From the human T2T-CHM13v2.0 reference genome, Homo sapiens, in NCBI RefSeq assembly GCF_009914755.1, contig NC_060948.1: 64,000 nt of DNA. The stretch is one strand, 5' to 3'. Shown here piece after piece: positions 39,452 to 58,802 of this stretch; the stretch's first letter is position 1, and the number at the start of each line of letters is the position of its first letter. Both the position numbers and the translations under genes were made by a program. The notes under the pieces were generated by a model. It was not told the DNA's origin. It ran no database searches and worked only from the letters and a program-made list of their open reading frames with translations.

Positions 39452-41556
39452 AGATCCATATTTTGTAAATGAAAAAAAATTTCAAAGGTACTCTGCTTGG
39501 TACAATAATCAAATGTATAAACTGAGGAATAAAACATAAGCATGAAACCTACTTATAACTGCATATGGAAAATACAGAGGATAATTTTTTAAATAACATA
39601 TTTTGAAAGCCTTAACTAGTAATTTGAAGAGTTGGCATTTGAAAGGCCAGTATGAATATACCTTCAAAGCAGCAACACAGGTTCCCCATGAGAAAAAGCA
39701 AACTCAGGGAAAATAAAACCACAAAGGTTCAATCTCTTCTGACCTTTGAAAGACACAGCACAGACAGTGGTCCTTAGGACGAAGAGCAGGAGACCCCTAA
39801 TTCCGTCACCATGGCGATAGGGCATAAACACTGCTGGGTGAGGGCACAATCCACATTGTGAGGTCCAACTGCTGCCAGGAAGACAGGAGTGCTTTTACAT
39901 AGACCGAAAGGTCATTGAAGGCTCAGAGTTTTGTTTCAAGAACTGAATCCCAAGCCCACACGTTATTAGGCTGCGCTTCTTAAAACAAGTTATGAGATGG
40001 GAAAAAGGGCACTAACAAACATACGTATACATTATGTATATAATAATATACAGTATCATATATATAATATATATAACCTATGTATAATATTGTTTTACAT
40101 CCTGCATCTTATATTATATATATTGTGTAAAATATAATAATTGATAATATATAAGTTTTATATTTATACAATATGACATATAGTATATATTATAATTTAT
40201 GACATATATAATATATGTTATATATCATATATAGAATATATTATACGGTTAATATACGTATTAAATATAAATTATACATTATATATATTATATATAATAT
40301 ATCTGCTATATATAATACCCATTATGCATAATATATATATTATGTCTATGTTATGTATAGTATAAAACAACATATAATAATATATAATTGTATATATAAA
40401 ATGCGACATATAATATATATTATATTTTATGACATCTGTAATATATATTATATATTATATATAATACGTTGTATGTATAATAGCTATATTAAATATATAT
40501 TATATGACTATGTTATTAATTACATGTCACATATGTTATATATTATATATTATACATAGAATATACCGGTTATATACAATATATACTATGTTACCTATAA
40601 TGTATAATTTATTACATGTAAAATAAAGAATGCAATATATTATGTGTAATTTATAATATACAATATGTGGAATGTGATATATATAACATATAATATATGA
40701 TATATGATATACAGTATATGATATATAACATACAATATATGATACCTAATATATATGGTATACAATATATATTTTATGATATGTATTCTAAATGTTTTAT
40801 ATTCTGTTATATATAACTGTTTGAAATTATATATAACTGTATAATATTTTATGTAAATATGTAATATAATATATATAACTATATAATATATTATATATAA
40901 CTATATATTATGTTATATATACTTTTATAACTTTATTTACATAAAATATCATAGTATAATATATATTATATTACTTCATATTACATAATATATATTACAT
41001 ATCACCCAATATAAGTAACATACATAATATTATAATATAGATTATATTATGTTATATTAAATATCATATATATCATGTATCATATATTCTATAATATGTA
41101 TTATACATTATATAATATGCATGTTGTCTATTATGTGATATATATAACTATATATATAATTATATGATTATACATATATCTAGATAAACATGTAATTCTA
41201 CATGTTTTCATTTATAATATATAGAATTACATAATCATATATAATTATTTATATTCTATAAAAAATTATATCATTATATAAATTATAATATATAAAAATT
41301 ATAATATGTACTACAAATATATATATTATATATCATATATGATATAGTACCTTTGTTATATATCATAATACATATAAATGTGTATTATGTTATCTATAAT
41401 TATATAATTTCATATATAAGATGTATAATATTTATTATATATTATAAATGTTATGTAATATATATAGTATATATAAGATGACACAGGATAAATATTATAT
41501 ACTATGACATATAAAATATATGAGGTTATATGTTACATATAAGGCATAGCACATAA

Positions 41557-41871
<315 letters not shown>

Positions 41872-43976
41872 AGATCCATATTTTGTAAATGAAAAAAAAT
41901 TTCAAAGGTACTCTGCTTGGTACAATAATCAAATGTATAAACTGAGGAATAAAACATAAACATGAAACCTACTTATAACTGCATATGGAAAATACAGAGG
42001 ATAATTTTTTAAATAACATATTTTGAAAGCCTTAACTAGTAATTTGAAGAGTTGGCATTTGAAAGGCCAGTATGAATATACCTTCAAAGCAGCAACACAG
42101 GTTCCCCATGAGAAAAAGCAAACTCAGGGAAAATAAAACCACAAAGGTTCAATCTCTTCTGACCTTTGAAAGACACAGCACAGACAGTGGTCCTTAGGAC
42201 GAAGAGCAGGAGACCCCTAATTCCGTCACCATGGCGATAGGGCATAAACACTGCTGGGTGAGGGCACAATCCACATTGTGAGGTCCAACTGCTGCCAGGA
42301 AGACAGGAGTGCTTTTACATAGACCGAAAGGTCATTGAAGGCTCAGAGTTTTGTTTCAAGAACTGAATCCCAAGCCCACACGTTATTAGGCTGCGCTTCT
42401 TAAAACAAGTTATGAGATGGGAAAAAGGGCACTAACAAACATACGTATACATTATGTATATAATAATATACAGTATCATATATATAATATATATAACCTA
42501 TGTATAATATTGTTTTACATCCTGCATCTTATATTATATATATTGTGTAAAATATAATAATTGATAATATATAAGTTTTATATTTATACAATATGACATA
42601 TAGTATATATTATAATTTATGACATATATAATATATGTTATATATCATATATAGAATATATTATACGGTTAATATACGTATTAAATATAAATTATACATT
42701 ATATATATTATATATAATATATCTGCTATATATAATACCCATTATGCATAATATATATATTATGTCTATGTTATGTATAGTATAAAACAACATATAATAA
42801 TATATAATTGTATATATAAAATGCGACATATAATATATATTATATTTTATGACATCTGTAATATATATTATATATTATATATAATACGTTGTATGTATAA
42901 TAGCTATATTAAATATATATTATATGACTATGTTATTAATTACATGTCACATATGTTATATATTATATATTATACATAGAATATACCGGTTATATACAAT
43001 ATATACTATGTTACCTATAATGTATAATTTATTACATGTAAAATAAAGAATGCAATATATTATGTGTAATTTATAATATACAATATGTGGAATGTGATAT
43101 ATATAACATATAATATATGATATATGATATACAGTATATGATATATAACATACAATATATGATACCTAATATATATGGTATACAATATATATTTTATGAT
43201 ATGTATTCTAAATGTTTTATATTCTGTTATATATAACTGTTTGAAATTATATATAACTGTATAATATTTTATGTAAATATGTAATATAATATATATAACT
43301 ATATAATATATTATATATAACTATATATTATGTTATATATACTTTTATAACTTTATTTACATAAAATATCATAGTATAATATATATTATATTACTTCATA
43401 TTACATAATATATATTACATATCACCCAATATAAGTAACATACATAATATTATAATATAGATTATATTATGTTATATTAAATATCATATATATCATGTAT
43501 CATATATTCTATAATATGTATTATACATTATATAATATGCATGTTGTCTATTATGTGATATATATAACTATATATATAATTATATGATTATACATATATC
43601 TAGATAAACATGTAATTCTACATGTTTTCATTTATAATATATAGAATTACATAATCATATATAATTATTTATATTCTATAAAAAATTATATCATTATATA
43701 AATTATAATATATAAAAATTCTAATATGTACTACAAATATATATATTATATATCATATATGATATAGTACCTTTGTTATATATCATAATACATATAAATG
43801 TGTATTATGTTATCTATAATTATATAATTTCATATATAAGATGTATAATATTTATTATATATTATAAATGTTATGTAATATATATAGTATATATAAGATG
43901 ACACAGGATAAATATTATATACTATGACATATAAAATATATGAGGTTATATGTTACATATAAGGCATAGCACATAA

Positions 43977-44291
<315 letters not shown>

Positions 44292-46392
44292 AGATCCATA
44301 TTTTGTAAATGAAAAAAAATTTCAAAGGTACTCTGCTTGGTACAATAATCAAATGTATAAACTGAGGAATAAAACATAAACATGAAACCTACTTATAACT
44401 GCATATGGAAAATACAGAGGATAATTTTTTAAATAACATATTTTGAAAGCCTTAACTAGTAATTTGAAGAGTTGGCATTTGAAAGGCCAGTATGAATATA
44501 CCTTCAAAGCAGCAACACAGGTTCCCCATGAGAAAAAGCAAACTCAGGGAAAATAAAACCACAAAGGTTCAATCTCTTCTGACCTTTGAAAGACACAGCA
44601 CAGACAGTGGTCCTTAGGACGAAGAGCAGGAGACCCCTAATTCCGTCACCATGGCGATAGGGCATAAACACTGCTGGGTGAGGGCACAATCCACATTGTG
44701 AGGTCCAACTGCTGCCAGGAAGACAGGAGTGCTTTTACATAGACCGAAAGGTCATTGAAGGCTCAGAGTTTTGTTTCAAGAACTGAATCCCAAGCCCACA
44801 CGTTATTAGGCTGCGCTTCTTAAAACAAGTTATGAGATGGGAAAAAGGGCACTAACAAACATACGTATACATTATGTATATAATAATATACAGTATCATA
44901 TATATAATATATATAACCTATGTATAATATTGTTTTACATCCTGCATCTTATATTATATATATTGTGTAAAATATAATAATTGATAATATATAAGTTTTA
45001 TATTTATACAATATGACATATAGTATATATTATAATTTATGACATATATAATATATGTTATATATCATATATAGAATATATTATACGGTTAATATACGTA
45101 TTAAATATAAATTATACATTATATATATTATATATAATATATCTGCTATATATAATACCCATTATGCATAATATATATATTATGTCTATGTTATGTATAG
45201 TATAAAACAACATATAATAATATATAATTGTATATATAAAATGCGACATATAATATATATTATATTTTATGACATCTGTAATATATATTATATATTATAT
45301 ATAATACGTTGTATGTATAATAGCTATATTAAATATATATTATATGACTATGTTATTAATTACATGTCACATATGTTATATATTATATATTATACATAGA
45401 ATATACCGGTTATATACAATATATACTATGTTACCTATAATGTATAATTTATTACATGTAAAATAAAGAATGCAATATATTATGTGTAATTTATAATATA
45501 CAATATGTGGAATGTGATATATATAACATATAATATATGATATATGATATACAGTATATGATATATAACATACAATATATGATACCTAATATATATGGTA
45601 TACAATATATATTTTATGATATGTATTCTAAATGTTTTATATTCTGTTATATATAACTGTTTGAAATTATATATAACTGTATAATATTTTATGTAAATAT
45701 GTAATATAATATATATAACTATATAATATATTATATATAACTATATATTATGTTATATATACTTTTATAACTTTATTTACATAAAATATCATAGTATAAT
45801 ATATATTATATTACTTCATATTACATAATATATATTACATATCACCCAATATAAGTAACATACATAATATTATAATATAGATTATATTATGTTATATTAA
45901 ATATCATATATATCATGTATCATATATTCTATAATATATATTATACATTATATAATATGCATGTTGTCTATTATGTGATATATATAACTATATATATAAT
46001 TATATGATTATACATATATCTAGATAAACATGTAATTCTACATATTTTCATTTATAATATATAGAATTACATAATCATATATAATTATATTCTATAAAAA
46101 ATTATATCATTATATAAATTATAATATATAAAAATTATAATATGTACTACAAATATATATATTATATATCATATATGATATAGTACCTTTGTTATATATC
46201 ATAATACATATAAATGTGTATTATGTTATCTATAATTATATAATTTCATATATAAGATGTATAATATTTATTATATATTATATATGTTATGTAATATATA
46301 TAGTATATATAAGATGACACAGGATAAATATTATATACTATGACATATAAGATATATGAGGTTATATGTTACATATAAGGCATAGCACATAA

Positions 46393-46707
<315 letters not shown>

Positions 46708-48811
46708 AGATCCATATTTTTTAAATGAAAAAAAATTTCAAAGGTACTCTGCTTGGTACAATAATCAAATGTATAAACTGAGGAATAAAACATAACCATG
46801 AAACCTACTTATAACTGCATATGGAAAATACAGAGGATAATTTTTTAAATAATATATTTTGAAAGCCTTAACTAGTAATTTGAAGAGTTGGCATTTGAAA
46901 GGCCAGTATGAATATACCTTCAAAGCAGCAACACAGGTTCCCCATGAGAAAAAGCAAACTCAGGGAAAATAAAACCACAAAGGTTCAATCTCTTCTGACC
47001 TTTGAAAGACACAGCACAGACAGTGGTCCTTAGGACGAAGAGCAGGAGACCCCTAATTCCGTCACCATGGCGATAGGGCATAAACACTGCTGGGTGAGGG
47101 CACAATCCACATTGTGAGGTCCAACTGCTGCCAGGAAGACAGGAGTGCTTTTACATAGACCGAAAGGTCATTGAAGGCTCAGAGTTTTGTTTCAAGAACT
47201 GAATCCCAAGCCCACACGTTATTAGGCTGCGCTTCTTAAAACAAGTTATGAGATGGGAAAAAGGGCACCCACAAACATACGTATACATTATGTATATAAT
47301 AATATACAGTATCATATATATAATATATATAACCTATGTATAATATTGTTTTACATCCTGCATCTTATATTATATATATTGTATAAAATATAATAATTGA
47401 TAATATATAAGTTTTATATTTATACAATATGACATATAGTATATATTATAATTTATGACATATATAATATATGTTATATATCATATATTGAATATATTAT
47501 ACGGTTAATATACGTATTAAATATAAATTATACATTATATGTATTATATATAATATATCTGCTATATATAATACCCATTATGCATAATATATATATTATG
47601 TCTATGTTATATATAGTATAAAACAACATATAATAATATATAATTGTATATATAAAATGTGACATATAATATATATTATATTTTATGACATAGGTAATAT
47701 ATATTATATATTATATATAATACGTTGTATGTATAATACCTATATTAAATATATATTATATGACTATGTTATTAATTACATGTCACATATGTTATATATT
47801 ATATATTTTACATAGAATGTACTGGTTACATACAATATATAGTATGTTACCTGTAATGTATAATTTATTACATGTAAAATAAAGAATGCAATATATTATG
47901 TATAATTTATAATATACAATATGTGGAATGTGATATATATAACATATAATATATGATATATGATATACAGTATATGATATATAACCTACAATATATGATA
48001 CCTAACATATATGATATACAATATATATTTTATGATATGTATTCTCTATGTTTTATATCTGTTATATATAATTATTTGAAATTATATATAAATGTATAAT
48101 ATTTTATGTAAATATGTAATATAATATATATAACTATCTAATGTATTATATATAACTATATATTATGTTATATATACTTTTATAAAATAAATTACATAAA
48201 ATATCATAATATAATATATATTATATTATTTCATATTACTTAAGATATATTACATATCACCCAATATAAGTAACATACATAATATTATCATATAGATTAT
48301 ATTATGTTATACTAAATATCATATATATCATGTATCATATATTCCATAATATATTTTATACATTATATAATATGTATGATGTATATTATGTGATATATAT
48401 AACTTTATATATAATTATATTATTATACATATAACTAGATAAACATGTAATTCTACATATTTTCATTTATAATATATAGAATTATATAATCATATATAAT
48501 TATTTATATTCTATAAAAAATTATATCATTATATAAATTATAATATATAAAAATTATAATATATACTACAAATATATATATTATATATCATATATGATAT
48601 AGTACCTTTGTTATATATCATAATACATATAAATGTGTATTATGTTATCTATAATTATATAACTTCATATATAAGATGTATAATATGTATTATATATTAT
48701 ATATGATATGTAATATATATAGTATGTATAAGATGACACAGGATAAATATTATATACTATGACATATAAAATATATGAGGTTATATGTTACATATAAGGC
48801 ATAGCACATAA

Positions 48812-49127
<316 letters not shown>

Positions 49128-51232
49128 AGATCCATATTTTTTAAATGAAAAAAAATTTCAAAGGTACTCTGCTTGGTACAATAATCAAATGTATAAACTG
49201 AGGAATAAAACATAAGCATGAAACCTACTTATAACAGCATATGGAAAATACAGAGGATAATTTTTTAAATAACATATTTTGAAAGCCTTAACTAGTAATT
49301 TGAAGAGTTGGCATTTGAAAGGCCAGTATGAATATACCTTCAAAGCAGCAACACAGGTTCCCCATGAGAAAAAGCAAACTCAGGGAAAATAAAACCACAA
49401 AGGTTCAATCTCTTCTGACCTTTGAAAGACACAGCACAGACAGTGGTCCTTAGGACGAAGAGCAGGAGACCCCTAATTCCGTCACCATGGCGATAGGGCA
49501 TAAACATTGCTGGGTGAGGGCACAATCCACATTGTGAGGTCCAACTGCTGCCAGGAAGACAGGAGTGCTTTTACATATACCGAAAGGTCATTGAAGGCTC
49601 AGAGTTTTGTTTCAAGCACTGAATCCCAAGCCCACACGTTATTAGGCTGCGCTTCTTAAAACAAGTTATGAGATGGGAAAAAGGGCACCAACAAACATAC
49701 GTATACATTATGTATATAATAATATACAGTATCATATATATATTATATATAACCTATGTATAATATTGTTTTACATCCTGCATCTTATATTATATATATT
49801 GTGTAAAATATAATAATTGATAATATATAAGTTTTATATTTATACAATATGACATATAGTATATATTATAATTTATGACATATATAATATATGTTATATA
49901 TCATATATAGAATATATTATACGGTTAATATACGTATTAAATATAAATTATACATTATATATATTATATATAATATATCTGCTATATATAATACCCATTA
50001 TGCATAATATATATATTATGTCTATGTTATGTATAGTATAAAACAACATATAATAATATATAATTGTATATATAAAATGCGACATATAATATATATTATA
50101 TTTTATGACATCTGTAATATATATTATATATTATATATAATACGTTGTATGTATAATAGCTATATTAAATATATATTATATGACTATGTTATTAATTACA
50201 TGTCACATATGTTATATATTATATATTTTACATAGAATATGCCGGTTACATACAATATATACTATGTTACCCATAATGAATAATTTATTACATGTAAAAT
50301 AGAGAATGCAATATATTATGTATAATTTATAATATACAATATGTGGAATGTGATACATATAACATATAATATATGATATATGATATACAGTATATGATAT
50401 ATAACATACAATATATGATACCTAATATATATGGAATATAATTTATATTTTATGATATGTATCCTATATGTTTTATATTCTGTTATATATAACTATTTGA
50501 AATTATATATAACTGTATAATATTTTATGTCAATATGTAATATAATATATACAACTATATAATATATTATATATAACTATATATTATGTTATATATACTT
50601 TTATAACATAATTTTCATAAAATATCATAATAAAATATATGTTATATTATTTCACATTACGTAATGTATATTACATATCACCCAATATAAGTAACATACA
50701 TAATATTATAATATAGATTATATTATGTTATATTAAATCTCATATATATCATGTATCATATATTCTATAATATATATTATACATTATATAATATGTATGT
50801 TGTCTATTATGTGAGATATATAACTATATATATAATTATATTATTATACATATAACTAGATAAACATGTAATTCTACATATTTTCCTTTATAATATATAG
50901 AATTATATAATCATATATAATTATTTATATTCTATAAAAAATTATATCATTATATAAATTATAATATATAAAAAGTATAATATGTACTACAAATATATAT
51001 GTTATATATCATATATGATATAGTACCTTTGTTATATATCATAATACATATAAATGTGTATTATGTTATCTATAATTATATAATTTCATTTATAAGATGT
51101 ATAATATGTATTATATATTATATACGTTATGTCATATATATAGTATATTTAACCTGACACAGGATAAATATTATATACTATGACATATAAAATATATGAG
51201 GTTATATGTTACATATAAGGCATAGCATATAA

Positions 51233-51548
<316 letters not shown>

Positions 51549-53674
51549 AGATCCATATTTTTTAAATGAAAAAAAAATTTCAAAGGTACTCTGCTTGGTA
51601 CAATAATCAAATGTATAAACTGAGGAATAAAACATAACCATGAAACCTACTTATAACTGCATATGGAAAATACAGAGGATAATTTTTTAAATAACATAGT
51701 TTGAAAGCCTTAACTAGTAATTTGAAGAGTTGGCATTTGAAAGGCCAGTATGAATATACCTTCAAAGCAGCAACACAGGTTCCCCATGAGAAAAAGCAAA
51801 CTCAGGGAAAATAAAACCACAAACGTTCAATCTCTTCTGACCTTTGAAAGACACAGCACAGACAGTGGTCCTTAGGACGAAGAGCAGGAGACCCCTAATT
51901 CCGTCACCATGACGATAGGGCATAAACATTGCTGGGTGAGGGCACAATCCACATTGTGAGGTCCAACTGCTGCCAGGAAGACAGGAGTGCTTTTACATAG
52001 ACCTAAAGGTCATTGAAGGCTCAGAGTTTTGTTTCAAGAACTGAATCCCAAGCCCACACGTTATTAGGCTGCGCTTCTTAAAACAAGTTATGAGATGGGA
52101 AAAAGGGCACCCACAAACATACGTATACATTATGTATATAATAATATACAGTATCATATATATAATATATATAACCTATGTATAATATTGTTTTACATCC
52201 TGCATCTTATATTATATATATTGTATAAAATATAGTAATTGATAATATATGTTTTATATTTTTACAATATGACATATAGTATATATTATAATTTATGACA
52301 TATATAATATATGTTATATATCATATATAGAATATATTATACGGTTAATATACGTAATAAATATAAATTATACATTATATATATTATATATAATATATCT
52401 GCTATATATAATACCCATTATGCATAATATATATATTATGTCTATGTTATATATAGTATAAAACAACATATAATAATATATAATTGTATATATAAAATAC
52501 GACATATAATATATATTATATTTTATGACATATGTAATATATATTATATATTATATGTAATACGTTGTATGTATAATACCTATATTAAATATATATTATA
52601 TGACTATGTTATTAATTACATGTCACATGTGTTATATATTATTTATTTTACACAGAATATACCGGTTACATACAATATATACTATGTTACCTACAATGTA
52701 TAATTTATTACATGTAAAATAAAGAATGCAATATATTATGTATAATTTATAATATACAATATGTGGATTGTGATATATATAACATATAATTTATGATATA
52801 GGATATACAGTATATGGTATATAACATACAATATATGATACCTAATATATATGGTATACAATATATATTTTATGATATGTATTCCCTATGTTTTATATTC
52901 TGTTATATATAACTATTTGAAATTATATATAACTGTATAATATTTTATGTAAATATGTAATATAATATATATAAAAATATAATATATTATATATAACTAT
53001 ATATTATGTTATATATACTTTTATAACATAATTTACATAAAATATCATAATATAATATATATTATATTATTTCATATTACATAATATATATTACATATCA
53101 CCCAATATAAGTAACATACATAATATTATAATATAGATTATATTATGTTATATTAAATATCATATATATGATGTATCATATATTCTATTATATATATTAT
53201 ACATTATATAATATGTATGTTGTCTATTATGTGATATATATAACTATATATATAATTATATTATTATACATATAACTAGATAAACATGTAATTCTACATA
53301 TTTTCATTTACAATATATATAATTATATAATCATATATAATTATTTATATTCTATAAAAAATTATATCATCATATAAATTATAATATATAAAAATTATAA
53401 TATGTACTACAAATATATATATTATATATCATATATGATATAGTACCTTGTTATATATCATAATACATATAAATGTGTATTATGTTATCTATAATTATAT
53501 AATTTCACATATAAGATGTATAATATGTACTATATATTATATATGTTATGTAATATATATAGTATATATAAGATGACACAGGATAAATATTATATACTAT
53601 GACATATAAAATATATGAGGTTATATGTTACATATAAGGCATAGCACATAACATGTAATATATATCATATATAA

Positions 53675-53966
<292 letters not shown>

Positions 53967-56093
53967 AGATCCATATTTTTTAAATGAAAAAAAATTTCAA
54001 AGGTACTCTGCTTGGTACAATAATCAAATGTATAAACTGAGGAATAAAACATAACCATGAAACCTACTTATAACTGCATAGGGAAAATACAGAGGATAAT
54101 TTTTTAAATAACATAGTTTGAAAGCCTTAACTAGTAATTTGAAGAGTTGGCATTTGAAAGGCCAGTATGAATATACCTTCAAAGCAGCAACACAGGTTCC
54201 CCATGAGAAAAAGCAAACTCAGGGAAAATAAAACCACAAAGGTTCAATCTCTTCTGACCTTTGAAAGACACAGCACAGACAGTGGTCCTTAGGACGAAGA
54301 GCAGGAGACCCCTAATTCCGTCACCATGGCGATAGGGCATAAACATTGCTGGGTGAGGGCACAATCCACATTGTGAGGTCCAACTGCTGCCAGGAAGACA
54401 GGAGTGCTTTTACATAGACCGAAAGGTCATTGAAGGCTCAGAGTTTTGTTTCAAGAACTGAATCCCAAGCCCACACGTTATTAGGCTGCGCTTCTTAAAA
54501 CAAGTTATGAGATGGGAAAAAGGGCACCCACAAAAATACGTATACATTATGTATATAATAATATACAGTATCATATATATAATATATATAACCCATGTAT
54601 AATATTGTTTTACATCCTGCATCTTATATTATATATATTGTATAAAATATAATAATTGATAATATATAAGTTTTATATTTATACAATATGACATATAGTA
54701 TATATTATAATTTATGACATATATAATATATGTTATATAGCATATATAGAATATATTATACGGTTAATATACGTAATAAATACAAATTATACATTATATA
54801 TATTATATATAATATATCTGCTATATATAATACCCATTATGCATAATATATATATTATGTCTATGTTATATATAGTATAAAACAACATATAATAATATAT
54901 AATTGTATATATAAAATGCGACATAAAATATATATTATATTTAATGACATATGTAATATATATTATATATTATATATAATACGTTGTATGTATAATACCT
55001 ATATTAAATATATATTATATGACTATGTTATTAATTACATGTCACATGTGTTATATATTATTTATTTTACACAGAATATACCGGTTACATACAATATATA
55101 CCATGTTACCTACAATGTATAATTTATTACATGTAAAATAAAGAATGCAATATATTATGTATAATTTATAATATACAATATGTGGAATGTGATATACATA
55201 ACATATAATATATGATATAGGATATAGAGTATATGATATATAACATACAATATATGATACCTAATATATATGGTATACAATATATATTTTATGATATGTA
55301 TTCTATATGTTTTATATTCTGTTATATATAACTATTTGAAATTATATATAACTGTATAATATTTTATGTAAATATGTAATATAATATATATAAAAATATA
55401 ATATATTATATATAACTATATATAATGTTATATATACTTTTATAACATAATTTACATAAAATATCATGATATAATATATATTATATTATTTCATATTACA
55501 TAATATATATTACATATCACCCAATATAAGTAACATACATAATATTATAATATAGATTATATTATGTTATATTAAATATCATATATATCATGTATCATAT
55601 ATTCTATAATATATATTATACATTATATAATATGTATGTTGTCTATTATGTGATATATATAACTATATATATAATTATATTATTATACATATAACTAGAT
55701 AAACATGAAATTCTACATATTTTCATTTATAATATATAGAATTATATAATCATATATAATTATTTATATTCTATAAAAATTATATCATTATATAAATTAT
55801 AATATATAAAAATTATAATATGTACTACAAATATATATATTATATATCATATATGATATAGTACCTTTGTTATATATCATAATACATATAAATGTGTATT
55901 ATGTCATCTATAATTATATAATTTCATATATAAGATGTATAATATGTATTATATATTATATATGTTATGTAATATATATAGTATATATAAGATGACACAG
56001 GATAAATATTATATACTATGACATATAAAATATATGAGGTTATATGTTACATATAAGGCATAGCACATAACATGTAATATATATCATATATAA

Positions 56094-56385
<292 letters not shown>

Positions 56386-58510
56386 AGATCCATATTTTTT
56401 AAATGAAAAAAAATTTCAAAGGTACTCTGCTTGGTACAATAATCAAATGTATAAACTGAGGAATAAAACATAACCATGAAACCTACTTATAACTGCATAT
56501 GGAAAATACAGAGGATAATTTTTTAAATAACATATTTTGAAAGCCTTAACTAGTAATTTGAAGAGTTGGCATTTGAAAGGCCAGTATGAATATACCTTCA
56601 AAGCAGCAACACAGGTTCCCCATGAGAAAAAGCAAACTCAGGGAAAATAAAACCACAAAGGTTCAATCTCTTCTGACCTTTGAAAGACACAGCACAGACA
56701 GTGGTCCTTAGGACGAAGAGCAGGAGACCCATAATTCCGTCACCATGGCGATAGGGCATAAACATTGCTGGGGAGGGCACAATCCACATTGTGAGGTCCA
56801 ACTGCTGCCAGGAAGACAGGAGTGCTTTTACATAGACCGAAAGGTCATTGAAGGCTCAGAGTTTTGTTTCAAGAACTGAATCCCAAGCCCACACGTTATT
56901 AGGCTGCGCTTCTTAAAACAAGTTATGAGATGGGAAAAAGGGCACCCACAAACATACGTATACATTATGTATATAATAATATACAGTATCATATATATAA
57001 TATATATAACCTATGTATAATATTGTTTTACATCCTGCATCTTATGTTATATATATTGTATAAAATATAATAATTAATAATGTATAAGTTTTATATTTAT
57101 ACAATATGACATATAGTATATATTATAATTTATGACATATATAATATATGTTATATATCATATATAGAATATATTATACGGTTAATATACGTATTAAATA
57201 TAAATTATACATTATATATATTATATATATTATATCTGCTATATATAATACCCATTATGCATAATATATATATTATGTCTATGTTATATATAGTATAAAA
57301 CAAAATATAATAATATATAATTGTATATATAAAATGCGACATATAATATATATTATATTTTATGACATATGTAATATATATCATATATTATATATAATAC
57401 GTTGTATGTATAATACCTATAATAAATATATATTATATGACTATGTTATTAATTACATGTCACATGTGTTATATATTATTTATTTTACACAGAATATACC
57501 GGTTACATAGAATATATACTATGTTACCTACAATGTATAATTTATTACATGTAAAATAAAGAATGCAATATATTATGTATAATTTATAATATACAATATG
57601 TGGAATGTGATATATATAACATATAATATATGATATAGGATATACAGTATATGGTATATAACATACAATATATGATACCTAATATATATGGTATACAATA
57701 TATATTTTATGATATGTATTCCCTATGTTTTATATTCTGTTATATATAACTATTTGAAATTATATATAACTGTATAATATTTTATGTAAATATGTAATAT
57801 AATATATATAAAAATGTAATATATTATATATAACTATATATTATGTTATATATACTTTTATAACATAATTTACATAAAATATCATAATATAATATATATT
57901 ATATTATTTCATATTACATAATATATATTACATATCACCCAATATAAGTAACATACATAATATTATAATATAGATTATATTATGTTATATTAAATATCAT
58001 ATATATCATGTATCATATATTCTATAATATATATTATACATTATATAATATGTATGTTGTCTATTATGTGATATATATAACTATATATAATTATATTATT
58101 ATACATATAACTAGATAAACATGTAATTCTACATATTTTCATTTATAATATATAGAATTATATAATCATATATAATTATTTATATTCTATAAAAAATTAT
58201 ATCATCATATAAATTATAATATATAAAAATTATAATATGTACTACAAATATATATATTATATATCATATATGATATAGTACCTTTGTTATATATCATAAT
58301 ACATATAAATGTGTATTATGTTATCTATAATTATATAATTTCATATATAAGATGTATAATATGTATTATATATTATATATGTTATGTAATATATATAGTA
58401 TATATAAGACGACACAGGATAAATATTATATACTATGACATATAAAATATATGAGGTTATATGTTACATATAAGGCATAGCACATAACATGTAATATATA
58501 TCATATATAA

Positions 58511-58802
58511 TTTTTTTTTAGACAGAGTCTTGTCCTGTTGAACAGTGTGGAGTACAATGGCGCCATCTTTGCTCACTGCAACATCTGCCTCACGCGTCCA
58601 AGCGATTGTCCTCCCTCAGCCTCCCAGGTAGCTGGGACTACACCACACTGGGACTACACCAGCTGCCACCATGCCTAGCTAATTTTTTGGATTTTTAGTA
58701 GTGACAGCGTTTCACTGTATTGGCCAGGATGGTCTTGATCTCTTCACCTTGTGATCCCCTTGCCTTGGCCTCCAAATTTGCTGGGATTACAGGCCTGAGC
58801 CA
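58511..58802 (-). mobile_element. Diverged Alu, U25
   Basis: Same antisense Alu. Confidence 0.95.
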
